A stretch of DNA of 64,000 bases from the human T2T-CHM13v2.0 reference genome, Homo sapiens: assembly GCF_009914755.1 (NCBI RefSeq), contig NC_060944.1, one strand, 5' to 3'. The position numbers were made by a program, and so were the translations under genes. Below, one piece after another: positions 61,150 through 64,000 of the stretch. Positions within the stretch are counted from its first letter, which is position 1. Each line of letters opens with the position of its first letter. The notes under the pieces are model-generated. The model worked only from the letters and a program-made list of their open reading frames with translations. It made no database searches and was not told where the DNA came from.

Positions 61150-61646
61150 ACCAGCCACATTCATACACATACAACACACGTACACACACACATATATATG
61201 TGTGTGTATGTATGTATATATACACATATTTTGTTGTGTGTGTATATATATATTTGTGCATGTGTGTGTGTGTATATATATATATATGTATATGTATATA
61301 TATTGGCTCACACAATTTGGAGTCTGGCAAGTTCAAAATCTGCGGGGTTGACCAGCTGGCTGAAGACCCTTGGACAAGCTGACCTAGCTCCAGTCCAAAG
61401 ACAATCTTTTGACCAAATTCTCTCTTCTTCTAGGGACTTCAGTCTTTTTATAAAGGCCTTCGACTTATTGGATGAGACACCCCCACCCACATTATGGAGG
61501 GTGGTGATCTACTTTATTCAAAAGCTACTGATTAAATGCTATTCTTATCTTAAAAAGAGCTTCAAAGAAACATCTTAGATTACTGCTTGGCCAAATATCT
61601 GCATACTGTGGCCTAGCCAAGTTGACACATAAAATTAATCATTATA
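61150..61646 (-). mobile_element. MLT2 LTR with a TA/TG low-complexity expansion (61163-61302)
   Basis: Ends tagccaagttgacacataaaattaatcattata. Confidence 0.7.
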
Positions 61647-61693
61647 ATAAGTATATTTTTAAAAATTGGTATTTGATGACATGAAAGAGAATA

Positions 61694-61918
61694 CAGTTGT
61701 CCCTCATTATATGCAGGGGACTGGCTCCAGGATACCTTCATACCCAAATCCGTGCATACTCAAGTCCTGTACTCCGCTTCTATGAAATGTTGGCTCTCTA
61801 TATGCATGGCTTTCACATGGTGCAAATACGGGATTTTCAATTTAGATTTGGTTGGAAAAAAAATCTACATACAAGTGGATGCATGCATTTCAAACCTGTG
61901 TTGTTCAAGAGTCATCTG
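61694..61918. mobile_element. MER2 (Tigger family), internally deleted
   Basis: ta|cagttgtccctc ... ttcaaacctgtgttgttcaagagtcatctg|ta; TA TSD. Confidence 0.75.
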
Positions 61919-62155
61919 TATATACATATGTGTGTATATATGTATGCATACATATATACAGTCATGCATCAGAGATACATAATCAGAAAAGGGTCTCTGT
62001 ATATACGTATGTGTGTATATATGTATGCATACATATATACAGTCATGCATCAGAGATACATAATCAGAAAAGGGTCTCTGTATATACATATGTGTATATA
62101 TATGTATGCATACATATATACAGTCATGCATCAGAGATACATAATGAGAAATGGG

Positions 62156-62156
<1 letters not shown>
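61915..62156. repeat. 81-bp tandem repeat, three copies
   Basis: Units start at 61915, 61996 and 62077 and are nearly identical. Confidence 0.97.
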
Positions 62157-62455
<299 letters not shown>

Positions 62456-62458
62456 TAG

Positions 62459-62920
<462 letters not shown>

Positions 62921-63298
62921 TTCAAACATCATAGTGTGCCCTTACACAAACCTAGGTGGTATAGACTACCACACACACATAGGCTATCTGGTACAGCCTA
63001 CTGCTCTTAGGCTAGCATCCTGCATGGCACGTTACTGTATGGAATACTGTAAACAATTATAATGCAATGGTAAGTGTTTGTGTATCTAAACATAAAAGAT
63101 ACTGTAAAAATATGGTATAAAATATAAAGTATGGTATACGTGTAGGGCACTTACTATGAATGGAGCTTACAGGACTAGAAGTTGCCCTGGGGGAGTGGGT
63201 GAGTGAATGTGAGAGCCTGGGACATGACTGTACACTCTATGGAGTTGATAAATGTTGTACACTTGGACTATACCAAATTTATTTTTTTAAAATCTTGG

Positions 63299-63589
63299 TT
63301 TTTTTTTCCTTGAGACAGTCTCACTCTGTCCCCCAGGCTGGAGTGCAGTGACGCGATCTCGGCTCACTGCGAACTCAGTCTCCTGGGTTCAAGCAGTTCT
63401 CTGCCTCAGCCTCCCAAGTAGCTGGGATTACAGGTGTCCATCACCACGCCCGGGTAATGTTTGTATTTTTAGTAGAGATGGGTTTTCACCATCTTGGCCA
63501 GGCTGGTCTTGAACTCCTGACCTTGTGATCCACCTGCCTCGGCCTCCCACAGTGCTGGGATTATAAGGCGTGAGCCACCATGCCTGGCC
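63299..63589 (-). mobile_element. AluS
   Basis: Antisense dimer ending cctggcc. Confidence 0.9.
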
Positions 63590-64000
63590 AAAAGGTCTTT
63601 CTTCAGTAATAAATTAACCTTAGCTTACTTTTTAACTTTTTACCTGATAAACTTTTAAATTTTTAAAACCTTTTTTTACTCTTTTGTACTACAGCTGCAA
63701 ACACAAACACTTGGTATAGTTGTACACAAATACTTTCTCCTTTAACTTGCAAGTAGGGTAAAAAAAATTCTCTTTATGTCCCTTATTCTATAACCTCTTT
63801 TCTATTTTTTAATTTTTTAAACTTTTTAAACTTTTTCATTTAAAACCACAACACAAACATGAACATTAGCCTTGCCCTACATAGGATCACCATCTTCCAC
63901 CTGCACATCTTGTCCCACAGGAAGGTCTTCAGGGACAGCACACATGGAGCTGAGCCGTCTTCTCCTATGATAGCAATGCTTTCTTCTGGACTACCTGCTT

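Overview
Primate (human or great-ape-like) non-coding DNA, intronic or intergenic. It is AT-rich, CpG-poor and dominated by interspersed repeats; AluY and L1PA3-type copies are present. I cannot support any intact host protein-coding gene, RNA gene or CRISPR array, and I cannot name the locus. The long ORFs I could assign come from L1, Alu or simple repeats. The main structure is a ~12 kb compound LINE-1 (3931-15885): an old L1MA with both ends present, split by two younger L1PA insertions, one of them inverted with a ~3.3 kb internal gap. There are also about 17 Alu/FLAM copies, nested LTRs (MSTB, LTR8, MLT1, MLT2), DNA transposons (MER20, MER53, MER2, Tigger3) and MIR/L2 relics. The most unusual signals are: (i) a ~115-bp local copy of an MLT2 LTR segment pasted 1.4 kb downstream into an L1, with a T36 expansion; (ii) the twin-primed L1 and its in-frame chimeric ORF; (iii) an 81-bp palindrome-containing triplication of a MER2/Tigger3 junction; (iv) several plus-strand splice signals in unique sequence that could be lncRNA or UTR exons. 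I found no convincing new biological system. Subfamily names come from recalled consensus motifs and need RepeatMasker/Dfam confirmation.
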